Source of the DNA: an uncultured bacterium
Lineage (GTDB): Bacteria > Armatimonadota > Zipacnadia > Zipacnadales > VGFC01
Length of the DNA: 42,116 nt
Direction: 5' to 3'
Assembly: GCA_965602825.1 (NCBI GenBank)
Contig: CBFDAZ010000001.1
Location: forward strand, 1 to 42,116
Below the pieces are notes generated by a model that saw nothing but the letters and a program-made list of their open reading frames with translations, was not told the DNA's origin and searched no databases. Positions 18,142 through 25,710 of this stretch are shown here, in pieces (position 1 is the first letter of the stretch; each line of letters begins with the position of its first letter). Position numbers and translations under genes: made by a program.

Positions 18142-18870
18142 ATGGCTACCACGGCACCCGAGCGGCGAAGTCGTGTGGTTGAGGCGTTGGGATTCTGGTT
18201 CATCACCCTGGTGATCTGTGCGGCCGCGGGTCTTGGGAGCTACCGTTTCGGACGGAACTGGATCGGCGACCGCCTGGGTGGCGAGGTGAAGTCGGTCCTG
18301 ACCTCGGACGAGCTGGCCAGCCGCGTCAATGAGGAGGCCTTTGGGGGCAGCGACGAGGCTGACGCCAGCGACGTTCCAGACGAACCCCCCGAAAAGGCCA
18401 TCGTCGAGGTCGAGTCCACCCCTGTAACCATCGGCGATCGACAGAGACTGCGGTTGGGGAAGGAGCGGGGAACCCGGGATTCGGCGACGGATGATTCCGC
18501 GTCTGATGAGGGGGATGACGAAGCCACGCCCGCCGATTCCGGGGAGGAGGAGGCCGAACCGGAGCCCTCAACCCCGGAGGCCAAGCCCGAGACGGAGCCG
18601 GCGACCTCCTCCGGCGCTGCCCGCACGAGCGAGGGCGGCACGAGGGAGCACGTGGTCCGGGCGGGATCATTCACCAAGTCGGGCAACGCGGATAGGTTGG
18701 TTGATGAACTCCGGGGGAAGGGCTACCAGCCCTTCGTCACGGAGACCGTTGTGGACGGCGTAACGTATCATCGGGTGAACGTGGCCCGATACGACGAGAA
18801 GGAGAAGGCCCTCGACCTGCGCGGCGAGCTTCGGGGCGAGGGATACCCGGCCGAGATCTCCGCGGAGTGA
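18142..18870 (+). CDS. SPOR-domain (septal peptidoglycan-binding) membrane protein
   Basis: ATG 18142 is preceded by AAGGAG. TM segment FWFITLVICAAAGLG, then an acidic low-complexity linker. C-terminal SPOR fold: HVVRAGSFTKSGNADRLVDELRGKGYQPFV...YHRVNVARYDEKEKALDLRGELRGEGYPA. Confidence 0.8.
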   Translation: MATTAPERRSRVVEALGFWFITLVICAAAGLGSYRFGRNWIGDRLGGEVKSVLTSDELASRVNEEAFGGSDEADASDVPDEPPEKAIVEVESTPVTIGDRQRLRLGKERGTRDSATDDSASDEGDDEATPADSGEEEAEPEPSTPEAKPETEPATSSGAARTSEGGTREHVVRAGSFTKSGNADRLVDELRGKGYQPFVTETVVDGVTYHRVNVARYDEKEKALDLRGELRGEGYPAEISAE

Positions 18871-19013
18871 TGCTCGCAGAGGTGCCGGCGCCAAACGCCG
18901 TGGGGGTCCGGCTGGAGGGGGGCCCAGATCACCCCGGCGCGGACCTCGGTAAGACGCCCTACATAGAGTGCCGTCAAGAAGCACGCACCCTCGACCTGCT
19001 GGTCGCCAGTTAA
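18870..19013 (+). pseudogene. 47-codon relic of the 3' end of a paralog of CDS 21259-22530, still in frame
   Basis: MLAEVPAPNAVGVRLEGGPDHPGADLGKTPYIECRQEARTLDLLVAS aligns without gaps to residues AMVPDEEWVKLRDYLPGHPGGDLGRTPYIECRQEARTVDPLIAG at the end of the 21259-22530 product. Its ATG shares one base with the SPOR stop (TGATG). Confidence 0.45.
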
Positions 19014-19421
19014 GACGACCCACTCACACAGGTGGCGGCTGTAAGCGTTCGTGCATCTCTCTTGAGCGCTGCTTCCATGGTGAGCCACGCTGACTTGGTG
19101 CCTGTTAGTCGTTGCTGCTGTCGCCCGTACCGGGTGGCGATCGTGGCACTCGCGGTCCTGGGCGGCACGGCTGCGTTGGCCCAGCCCCCAGATCCGGCCC
19201 GCCCCACTCCCGATGAGGTCTCAGCGCTCGACGACAGCTTCACCATCGTCCCCAACGCCTCGCCCGAGGACGTGCCTGAGGACATACGAGGGCGACTTGA
19301 GTGGCCCTCGCCCGCGTCTCAGTTCGAGTTGCCGGAGCACTGGCCGTATGCCCCGGTGACGGAAGCATGGGTCAACGCCATGCTCAGCCCCCTCCTCGTG
19401 CCGACCGACTTCACTGAGCGC
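18885..19421. repeat. Direct repeat, copy 1 (diverged, about 0.53 kb)
   Basis: Aligns to 22384-22911 at offset 3499, becoming 3490 after a 9-nt indel. Near-identical blocks are 18941-18989, 19046-19083 and 19177-19221. Confidence 0.8.
19077..19421 (+). pseudogene. Truncated N-terminal fragment (about 115 codons) of a paralog of the HEAT/TPR protein gene 22576-25578
   Basis: MVSHADLVPVSR...VAIVALAVLGGTAALAQPPDPARPTPDEVSALDDSF...LVPTDFTE parallels MVNHADRVPVRG...VAVVAFAALGGAVALAQPPDPARPTPDEVSTLDESF...LVPVDLAQ. Similarity stops at about 19421. Beyond that, the open frame to 19673 is antisense to the CBM-repeat gene. Confidence 0.55.
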
Positions 19422-20923
19422 GCCCACTGGTGCGTGCCACCTTCCATGTCATCCAGGAGCAGCGGCCCACCGGGCTCCGGTCCGGGTGTCAGGAACACGT
19501 TGTCCAATACCAAGTCCATCTCAGGAGGCTTCGCCCCGTCCCACGCCGCTGAGAAACTCATACGGGTGATCTGGTCCCAGCCAAGGGGGTCATTCACACG
19601 GTACAGTCGTCGGAACGGGACCTCAAACTCCTGCCATCCAGTCCAGTCCAACGGGATCGCGTACTTCCAGTAGTCCAAGCCCGCTGTCTGCGGGTTCTCC
19701 GACTTGATCAGCAGTGTCAGTACCGAACCGGCAGCCTCGGGAGCATACAGCGAGAAGCACAATTGCTGGTACGCGCTCCAGTCACTTGGCAACTGCACCA
19801 GGTGCAGATCCGGCTGCCCAGACAGGTTCTCCCAAAGGCCTGCCTTCTTCCCCTCTCTGACCGGATCGGTCACCTCCTTCAGCCGCGCCCACTGGTGCGT
19901 GCCAGCTTCCATGTCATCCAGGAGAAGCGGCCCACCGGGCTCTGGTCCCGGTGTCAAGAACACGTTGTCCAAGACGAGGTCCATCTCAGGAGGCTTCGCC
20001 TCGTCCCACGTCGCCGAGAAACTCATACCGGTGATCTGATCCCAGCCAAGGGGAGTCCGTACTGCCAGCAGACGCTTCAGGGGCACTCGGAAGTCTCGCC
20101 ACCCAGCCCAGTCCAAGAGGATGCCGTACTTCCAGTAATCCCAGCCATCCGTCTGCGGATTCTCCGACTTGATCAGCAGTGTCAGTACCGAGCCGCCAGC
20201 CTCGGGAGCATACAGCGAGAAGCACAACTGCTGGTACGCGCTCCAATCTCCTGGCAACTGCACCAGATGCAGATTGGGTTGGCCGGACACGTTCTCCCAA
20301 AGGCCTGCCTTCTTCCCCTCTTTGACCGGATCGGTCACCTCCTTCAGCCGCGCCCATCCGTACGTACCCCACTCCATGTCGTCGAGGACCAGAGACTCCA
20401 CATCATTCACTTGATAGAGGACGACATCATCAAGGTAGAGGACTGTGCCCGGCCGGGGTCTCTCCAACCAATCCGCTGCAAGAACCAGTTTCGAGACCTC
20501 CCCGAACGGCCGAGGCTCCCGGGCTCGCCGCATGCGGTGCAAGGGCACGTCGAACTCCTTCCAACCCTCCCAGTCCACCACAAACTCAAAGACGTAGTAG
20601 TCCGGCTTCGCGGTCGCACCCGAATCAGCGTCGGCCCGCAACACCAGGCGAGCGCCTGTCGCGAGAACGGAGAACAGGCTGAACCGTACGCCCGCGTATT
20701 CGAGCAGCAGGCCATCGGCCACTCCGCATTCGACCTGGGGCTCCTTGACAGTGTCACTCCACTTGCCCGACCACTCGCCACCTCTCTTCTGCTCCTTGCT
20801 TCTTGTCAGTACCGACCAACCGCCCGTCCCTTGCTCGAAGTCTGCCATGACCAACGGCTCGGCCCCGCCTGCAGTGCTAGCCGGCCCCAGCGCGGCAAGA
20901 CTGACAATCAACCACGTGGCCAT
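19319..20923 (-). CDS. Secreted protein built of three CBM/jelly-roll-like domains of about 155 aa (CBM11/CIA30-like); the 3' end is chimeric
   Basis: AAGGAGG lies upstream of ATG 20923. Signal peptide MATWLIVSLAALGPASTAGGA. Each unit has the pattern W..L..V.DPV.EGKKAGLWEN...L.L...P.DWS.YQQLCFSLYAPE...LTLLIKSENPQ...DYWKY...DW.GW..F.VP...LDNVFL. A fourth unit begins (LLLDDMEGGTHQWAR) and is then replaced by 32 unrelated residues. Confidence 0.7.
   Translation of the reverse strand: MATWLIVSLAALGPASTAGGAEPLVMADFEQGTGGWSVLTRSKEQKRGGEWSGKWSDTVKEPQVECGVADGLLLEYAGVRFSLFSVLATGARLVLRADADSGATAKPDYYVFEFVVDWEGWKEFDVPLHRMRRAREPRPFGEVSKLVLAADWLERPRPGTVLYLDDVVLYQVNDVESLVLDDMEWGTYGWARLKEVTDPVKEGKKAGLWENVSGQPNLHLVQLPGDWSAYQQLCFSLYAPEAGGSVLTLLIKSENPQTDGWDYWKYGILLDWAGWRDFRVPLKRLLAVRTPLGWDQITGMSFSATWDEAKPPEMDLVLDNVFLTPGPEPGGPLLLDDMEAGTHQWARLKEVTDPVREGKKAGLWENLSGQPDLHLVQLPSDWSAYQQLCFSLYAPEAAGSVLTLLIKSENPQTAGLDYWKYAIPLDWTGWQEFEVPFRRLYRVNDPLGWDQITRMSFSAAWDGAKPPEMDLVLDNVFLTPGPEPGGPLLLDDMEGGTHQWARSVKSVGTRRGLSMALTHASVTGAYGQCSGNSN
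19419..20813. repeat. Tandem 465-bp coding repeat: two similar units plus one diverged unit
   Basis: The marker CGCGCCC recurs at 19419, 19884 and 20349, giving a period of exactly 465 nt (155 codons). Units 19419-19883 and 19884-20348 are largely identical by eye. The third unit, 20349 to about 20813, is much more diverged. Confidence 0.85.
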
Positions 20924-21194
20924 CTTCCGTCTGCCTCCTTACAGGCATGAGTCATCAGATTGCCTATTCGTACCTGGCGCACCTGACGCGCGATACTCGA
21001 GTGGCCTGTGCCAGGGCGCGGTTCAGTCCGCCTCGTTTGTGCCTGCAGTATTCGACTTCTTCGACGCGGTGAGCTGGCTCCACCCCGTTTCGATGGGCCT
21101 AGCGCATTGACTGTGTCTCGACTCCATTATCTGCGGACTTCGCTACTCACAGGCCACCCTTTTTCATTCTTGAATCGTCTGCAATGCATTCTGC

Positions 21195-21224
21195 TTGACA
21201 TGCGCACGCCGCTGGTGGTAGAAT
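21195..21224 (+). promoter_or_regulatory. Near-consensus sigma-70 promoter with extended -10
   Basis: TTGACA (21195-21200), 18-nt spacer ending in TGG, then TAGAAT (21219-21224). It lies about 35 nt upstream of the GGGAGGGGAG Shine-Dalgarno and ATG 21259, inside a locally AT-richer intergenic region. Confidence 0.6.
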
Positions 21225-21258
21225 TCCCTTAATGCGAGTGAACAGGGAGGGGAGTATC

Positions 21259-22530
21259 ATGTTCTGGCTGCGTATTGTTAGCAAGGCCCTTCCTCTCGTT
21301 GTGGTCCTCTGTATGCTTCTTCCACTAGGCTCGTTTGCCTTTGCTGAGAATTGTGACCCATGGGAGACCAACGGAGGGCCGTACTGCACGATCAGCCCGG
21401 GTCAGCCGGAGGTTCCCAAGATCTGTGTGGACTACTGCATGACCTTCGGCGTCAGCGGCGGGGATCAGGACGAACGCGACTGCACGTGCCCGCCCGAGAC
21501 GCAGTACGAGGAGGATGGCCTGAACCTGGCCGCTGCCGAATGGACCGCGAGCGCAGGCACGCCGTCGACCCACACGGGGAGCTCCTTCGCCTGGAAGGCC
21601 CCTCCGTACCCGGCGGCGGTCACCATCACCGTCGACGTCCCGGACAATGCAGCCTTGGCTGACGATGCCGAGGATGCCCATGCAGAGAAGCAGGTCGACG
21701 TGCTCAAGCCAAACACCGTCAAGGTCAGCGCGCTGGATGACCACGACATCCATTACACCCAGAACGAGGATGATGCCGACCCAGACAATGACCTTCCTGG
21801 CCTCACCGGACCTGCCATCGTGGACCCGATCTACAACACCCTCGTCAGCCCCACCAAGGACGATCCCTTTTACGACACACGGAACACTAAGACCCACCTC
21901 TCGGCCGTGCTCAAGGTATCGCCTTCCCTGGACCTCTACGCTCCGGTTGAGCTCAATGCCGACAGCAGCCTTGTCACGACCTACGAGGGGGGTGGCGGTG
22001 GGCTCGTCTACATCTCCAACCCGATTGATATTGGGCAGTCGACCACGGCGCTGTACAACTACATCTTCGCCACTGATCTCGACTCGGACTGGAAGCTCAA
22101 GGTATGCAGCAACACCTACGTGTGTTCACTCAACACTACCGACCACGAAATGTGGGCGTCACTGGACTCGGTCGATGAGCTGTCCAAAATACCGACTTGG
22201 CTGCTGCGCCAGAACGAGGAGGAGCTCGAAGAGGTGGGTGCCGCTCAGCCTTTCGTTCAGGAGGTGTTTGACAAGTGGGCGGGAGATGACGCGGACCCGC
22301 CGTACGACCCCAATGACCCGGGGCGCGAGTGGTTACAGACTGCGGGCAATGACCGGAACGCCGTGGAAACGCGCGAGGCCATGGTGCCAGACGAAGAGTG
22401 GGTCAAGTTGAGGGATTACCTCCCAGGTCATCCAGGCGGGGACCTCGGTAGGACGCCCTACATAGAGTGCCGTCAAGAAGCACGCACCGTCGATCCGCTG
22501 ATCGCGGGCGACGACGCCTCACTCACGTAG
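21259..22530 (+). CDS. Secreted Cys-rich protein of unknown function
   Basis: Strong SD plus ATG 21259. Signal peptide MFWLRIVSKALPLVVVLCMLLPLGSFAFA followed by ENC. Seven Cys lie in the first 60 mature residues, and acidic segments follow. I recognise no family motif. GC is visibly lower than in neighbouring genes. Confidence 0.7.
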   Translation: MFWLRIVSKALPLVVVLCMLLPLGSFAFAENCDPWETNGGPYCTISPGQPEVPKICVDYCMTFGVSGGDQDERDCTCPPETQYEEDGLNLAAAEWTASAGTPSTHTGSSFAWKAPPYPAAVTITVDVPDNAALADDAEDAHAEKQVDVLKPNTVKVSALDDHDIHYTQNEDDADPDNDLPGLTGPAIVDPIYNTLVSPTKDDPFYDTRNTKTHLSAVLKVSPSLDLYAPVELNADSSLVTTYEGGGGGLVYISNPIDIGQSTTALYNYIFATDLDSDWKLKVCSNTYVCSLNTTDHEMWASLDSVDELSKIPTWLLRQNEEELEEVGAAQPFVQEVFDKWAGDDADPPYDPNDPGREWLQTAGNDRNAVETREAMVPDEEWVKLRDYLPGHPGGDLGRTPYIECRQEARTVDPLIAGDDASLT

Positions 22531-22911
22531 GTCGCAGTTGTAACCGTTCGTGCATCTCTCTTGAGCGCCGCTTCCATGGTGAATCACGCTGACCGGGTGC
22601 CCGTCCGTGGTCGCCCCCGCCGCCCCTACGGGGTGGCCGTTGTGGCATTCGCGGCCCTGGGCGGCGCAGTTGCGCTGGCCCAGCCCCCAGATCCGGCCCG
22701 CCCCACTCCCGATGAGGTCTCCACGCTCGACGAGAGCTTCATCATAGTGCCCGAGGCCTCGCTCGGCGGCGTACCAGACGAGACGCGTGCCAACCTGACC
22801 TGGCCTCAAGCTCAGATCGACCTTCCGGAGCGGCCGTACGGTAAAGACCTCGAAGAGTGGGCGCTGGCAATACTGGCGCCGCGCCTGGTGCCCGTTGACC
22901 TGGCGCAGCGC
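22384..22911. repeat. Direct repeat, copy 2 (the intact copy)
   Basis: Spans the last 49 codons of CDS 21259-22530, the 45-nt spacer and the first 112 codons of CDS 22576-25578. Aligns to 18885-19421. Confidence 0.8.
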
Positions 22912-25578
22912 GTTCGTGGCGTGAGGGGAGGGTACGACGGCTATGACTACCTCACCGCGAGATATGCTACCAGAGGGCTTGCCATCCAGATCCTGGCCTG
23001 CAACCGCGACATCACGGTGGTGCTGCGGCCCGAGACACCGGGTGCCGCCCACCATAGCACCGAGGCCCTGATCTCACACGTCGGTGCGATTTGGCGGCAG
23101 CACGTGCAGTCCGGGAAGAGGCTCTCCGAGGACGAGCAGCCGGCAGTCAGCCCGGAGGTCTATGAGCGGAGCATCAGCGCTCGGTGGCAGTACTCCCCTG
23201 GCGGACCCACAGGAGACGACTCGTGCGCTTGGTGGGCGTTTGCTGCATGGTGGACTGATGGCCACAGTGTCGCCATCATCGCGCGCAAAGTGCAGGACCA
23301 CCCCGACCCGCACTGCCCACCCATGTGGTTCCTGGGCGCGGAACGGAAGCGCCGCTTCCCGCCCGATATCTGGAAGCCGGCGAAGCCCGAGTCTGAGGCA
23401 CCTTCACCGGAAGCCAGGCTTCCAGACGATCTCAACGGCCAGGCCCTCGCGTTGCTGAACGCGGACCGGGAGATACGCTCACGGGCGCTGGCGAAGCTCC
23501 GGGTCGTCGCCGAGGGAGGACAAGCCGGCGAACTCGTCGACGCCATACGGGACGCTCTCGCGACGGTGGAAGCTAGGGGTCACCGCAGCGGCGTGCGGCA
23601 CGCGTGCTTCCTGCTCGGCAGGACAGGGCTGCCCGAGGCTCGAAGCCTCTTGCTACGGCTCCTCCGGGGATCAACCGCCCCAGGGCACCGAGAAGGCGGC
23701 GCTCTCGGCCTCCACCATTTCCCTGACGAGGAGACGCGAGCGGCCCTCATTGAGGCGCTTGAGGATGAGGAGGACGAAGTCGTCCTCGCGGCGGCTACGG
23801 TTCTCGCACTTCGGGACGATGCCCCGAAGGAGGAGCTTCAGGAGTTGCTTCTCCGCTTGGAGGCCGATCAGGCGCGGATCATGCAGGACACCGCGGAGCG
23901 CGTTCGGGGTGACGGCAAACCCGAGGAGACCGCGGCCCGGGCTGCCCGCAGCGCGGCGAGAGAGATTGAGTACGACATCGCCAACCTCATGCACACGCTG
24001 GGCACTCGCGGCCTGCTTGAGGGGCTCACTGACGTAGCGATCAACGCCCTGAGCAATGCGGTAACCGACTACAAGCGGCGCCAGGCGGCTCACGCGCTGT
24101 CTCATTACCAGAGCCAGGAGATCGCCGACGCACTGCTAGAGACGCTCAACGGAGAGACGCCGAATGATGTGCGAGCCGCTGTCGTCGGGGCTCTCGGCGG
24201 CCAGGGCAGGTTCGCCGACCCGGAACCAATCAAGCAGGCGCTCGCCCTCGACCCCGCCAAGGAAGTCGCCCTCGCCGCTGCGCGCGGTCTATCCAGGCTA
24301 GCGCAGGAGACGTCCCAGCCAGCCCTCGCTCGCCCGCTTTGCGGCGCTCTCATCAAGCACCCGGAGCAGGAGGTCCGTGCCATATGCGCCGACCAGCTCT
24401 GGCACTTCCCAGGCGAGGAGGTCGAGCAGGCCCTCCTGCAGGCGTGCACCGACAAGTACGCCGAGCCGTACGTTGACGACCTCGACGGCGTGAGGGATGA
24501 GGCGATCGTCTTCCGTGTGCGAATGACCGCCGACGCTGCTCTCGGTCTGATGGAGAAGCGCGTCTTCGCGGAGACGCGCTGCTACCAGGACGAATACGCG
24601 TTCCTGCAGGGGAACCCGTACGGAAGCGAAGAGATGGCTGCAGCCATGGCTGAGTGGCGCGCCTTGCCCTTGGATGTGTGGGACCATGCTGACGCACTGG
24701 CCGAGGAGACTTCAGCGCAACTACGCCAGGTCATCGCGGCTCTCCAGCCTCACGCAGAGATTGAGGCCCCAACGAAGGAGAAGGCGTTCGCCTGCTGGGC
24801 CATTGGCCAGTGCCAGAAGGCCCTCGACGATCCGTCAGCGGACACTTCGCTGGCCGCTGCGAGGGATGCGTTCGCGGCACTCGACGATCCGCTCTCAGTT
24901 GTCCGCTACCTTCAGTGTGAAGCGTACGCCTTGCTGCGGCTCGGCAAGATCCCTGTAACCTGCGACCTGCTGAATCTCGTGTGTGAACTCGTCCGGGAGC
25001 GGCTTGACGAGGAGGCCGCGGTGGATGAGCTTATGCGGATTGGCCGCCGAGCTTACCACCGCCCCGTGAACCCATGGCGCGAGCGGTACCTCGCGGCGGC
25101 CGTCCCGTATCAGCACCTCATCAAGCACTTTTCCGATGCTGAGGAGGCCCAGTTCGCGCACGTCAGACTGGCCGAGTGCCTGTCCTCGCAGGTTGACTAC
25201 GAGCGGCCTCGGCCTTCTCCCCCGGCCATGGAGGCCGCGGCAGAGGTGCACCAGTCATTCCTTGACCGGTACCCAAACGCGGACCCCTTGCAGGCCTGGC
25301 ACATCCGCCTTCCCCTTATCCAGCTCTACCACCGCATGGGCAAGTTGGAGGATGCGGATCGGATAGCCTCCGAGGCGGCCTCGGCTCTCCCCGAGGGTAC
25401 CGTAGAGTGGGCGATGGCCCAGTGCATGCATGCGAACCGACTACTCGGTACCGGGAAGAAGGACGAAGCGATCGAGGTCTACCGCAAGGTGCTTGAGCTT
25501 GCGCCGGAGGAGAGCGGATCGCGCACGCTTGCCTCGAAAGCGCTCGAGCAACTCACCCGTGGCACCCCCGAGCAGTAA
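22576..25578 (+). CDS. Membrane-anchored or secreted HEAT-repeat / TPR-like protein with an unknown N-terminal domain of about 270 aa
   Basis: ATG 22576; an in-frame TTG lies at 22561. Hydrophobic segment VAVVAFAALGGAVALAQ. HEAT/PBS-lyase-type repeats are EIRSRALAKL..., VRHACFLLGRTG.PEARSLLLRLL, EETRAALIEALEDEEDEVVLAAATVLA, DVRAAVVGALGG and EVRAICADQL. TPR-like C-terminus: KKDEAIEVYRKVLELAPEE. Confidence 0.75.
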   Translation: MVNHADRVPVRGRPRRPYGVAVVAFAALGGAVALAQPPDPARPTPDEVSTLDESFIIVPEASLGGVPDETRANLTWPQAQIDLPERPYGKDLEEWALAILAPRLVPVDLAQRVRGVRGGYDGYDYLTARYATRGLAIQILACNRDITVVLRPETPGAAHHSTEALISHVGAIWRQHVQSGKRLSEDEQPAVSPEVYERSISARWQYSPGGPTGDDSCAWWAFAAWWTDGHSVAIIARKVQDHPDPHCPPMWFLGAERKRRFPPDIWKPAKPESEAPSPEARLPDDLNGQALALLNADREIRSRALAKLRVVAEGGQAGELVDAIRDALATVEARGHRSGVRHACFLLGRTGLPEARSLLLRLLRGSTAPGHREGGALGLHHFPDEETRAALIEALEDEEDEVVLAAATVLALRDDAPKEELQELLLRLEADQARIMQDTAERVRGDGKPEETAARAARSAAREIEYDIANLMHTLGTRGLLEGLTDVAINALSNAVTDYKRRQAAHALSHYQSQEIADALLETLNGETPNDVRAAVVGALGGQGRFADPEPIKQALALDPAKEVALAAARGLSRLAQETSQPALARPLCGALIKHPEQEVRAICADQLWHFPGEEVEQALLQACTDKYAEPYVDDLDGVRDEAIVFRVRMTADAALGLMEKRVFAETRCYQDEYAFLQGNPYGSEEMAAAMAEWRALPLDVWDHADALAEETSAQLRQVIAALQPHAEIEAPTKEKAFACWAIGQCQKALDDPSADTSLAAARDAFAALDDPLSVVRYLQCEAYALLRLGKIPVTCDLLNLVCELVRERLDEEAAVDELMRIGRRAYHRPVNPWRERYLAAAVPYQHLIKHFSDAEEAQFAHVRLAECLSSQVDYERPRPSPPAMEAAAEVHQSFLDRYPNADPLQAWHIRLPLIQLYHRMGKLEDADRIASEAASALPEGTVEWAMAQCMHANRLLGTGKKDEAIEVYRKVLELAPEESGSRTLASKALEQLTRGTPEQ

Positions 25579-25612
25579 CGCAGCCACTCGAAGGGGCGAC
25601 GCCGACGGTCCG

Positions 25613-25633
25613 GGGCGCGCCTACCCCGCGCCC
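25613..25633. terminator. Hairpin between convergent genes
   Basis: GGGCGCG (25613-25619) pairs with CGCGCCC (25627-25633) around a 7-nt loop, in the 132-nt gap between two convergent stop codons. There is no clear U-tract. Confidence 0.3.
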
Positions 25634-25710
25634 GCCGCCTATACGTTCATCTGGTGTTGCTCATGTCGCGCGTTGGTCCCCAAGATGCGGTCGAGAATCG
25701 CGGATTCCGG

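Noticed and set aside
19032-19673. The 213-aa plus-strand ORF as an intact gene
   Set aside because: Only the first ~115 codons from ATG 19077 resemble the paralog at 22576. Downstream of about 19421 the frame merely reads the reverse complement of the CBM repeat (RAHWCVPPSMSSRSSGPPGSGPG recurs in antisense ORFs of the other units).
19419-20348. The near-identical 465-bp units as a template/variable repeat pair of a diversity-generating retroelement
   Set aside because: Differences between the units involve all four bases rather than being confined to adenine positions of one copy. Both units are in-frame parts of one gene, and the window has no reverse transcriptase.
18870-25600. The accessory stretch as a mobile element, prophage or defence island
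   Set aside because: I found no integrase, transposase, recombinase, terminal inverted repeats or flanking tRNA. I also found no nuclease, ATPase, methylase or TIR-type domains. The direct repeats are gene fragments, not att-like short sites.
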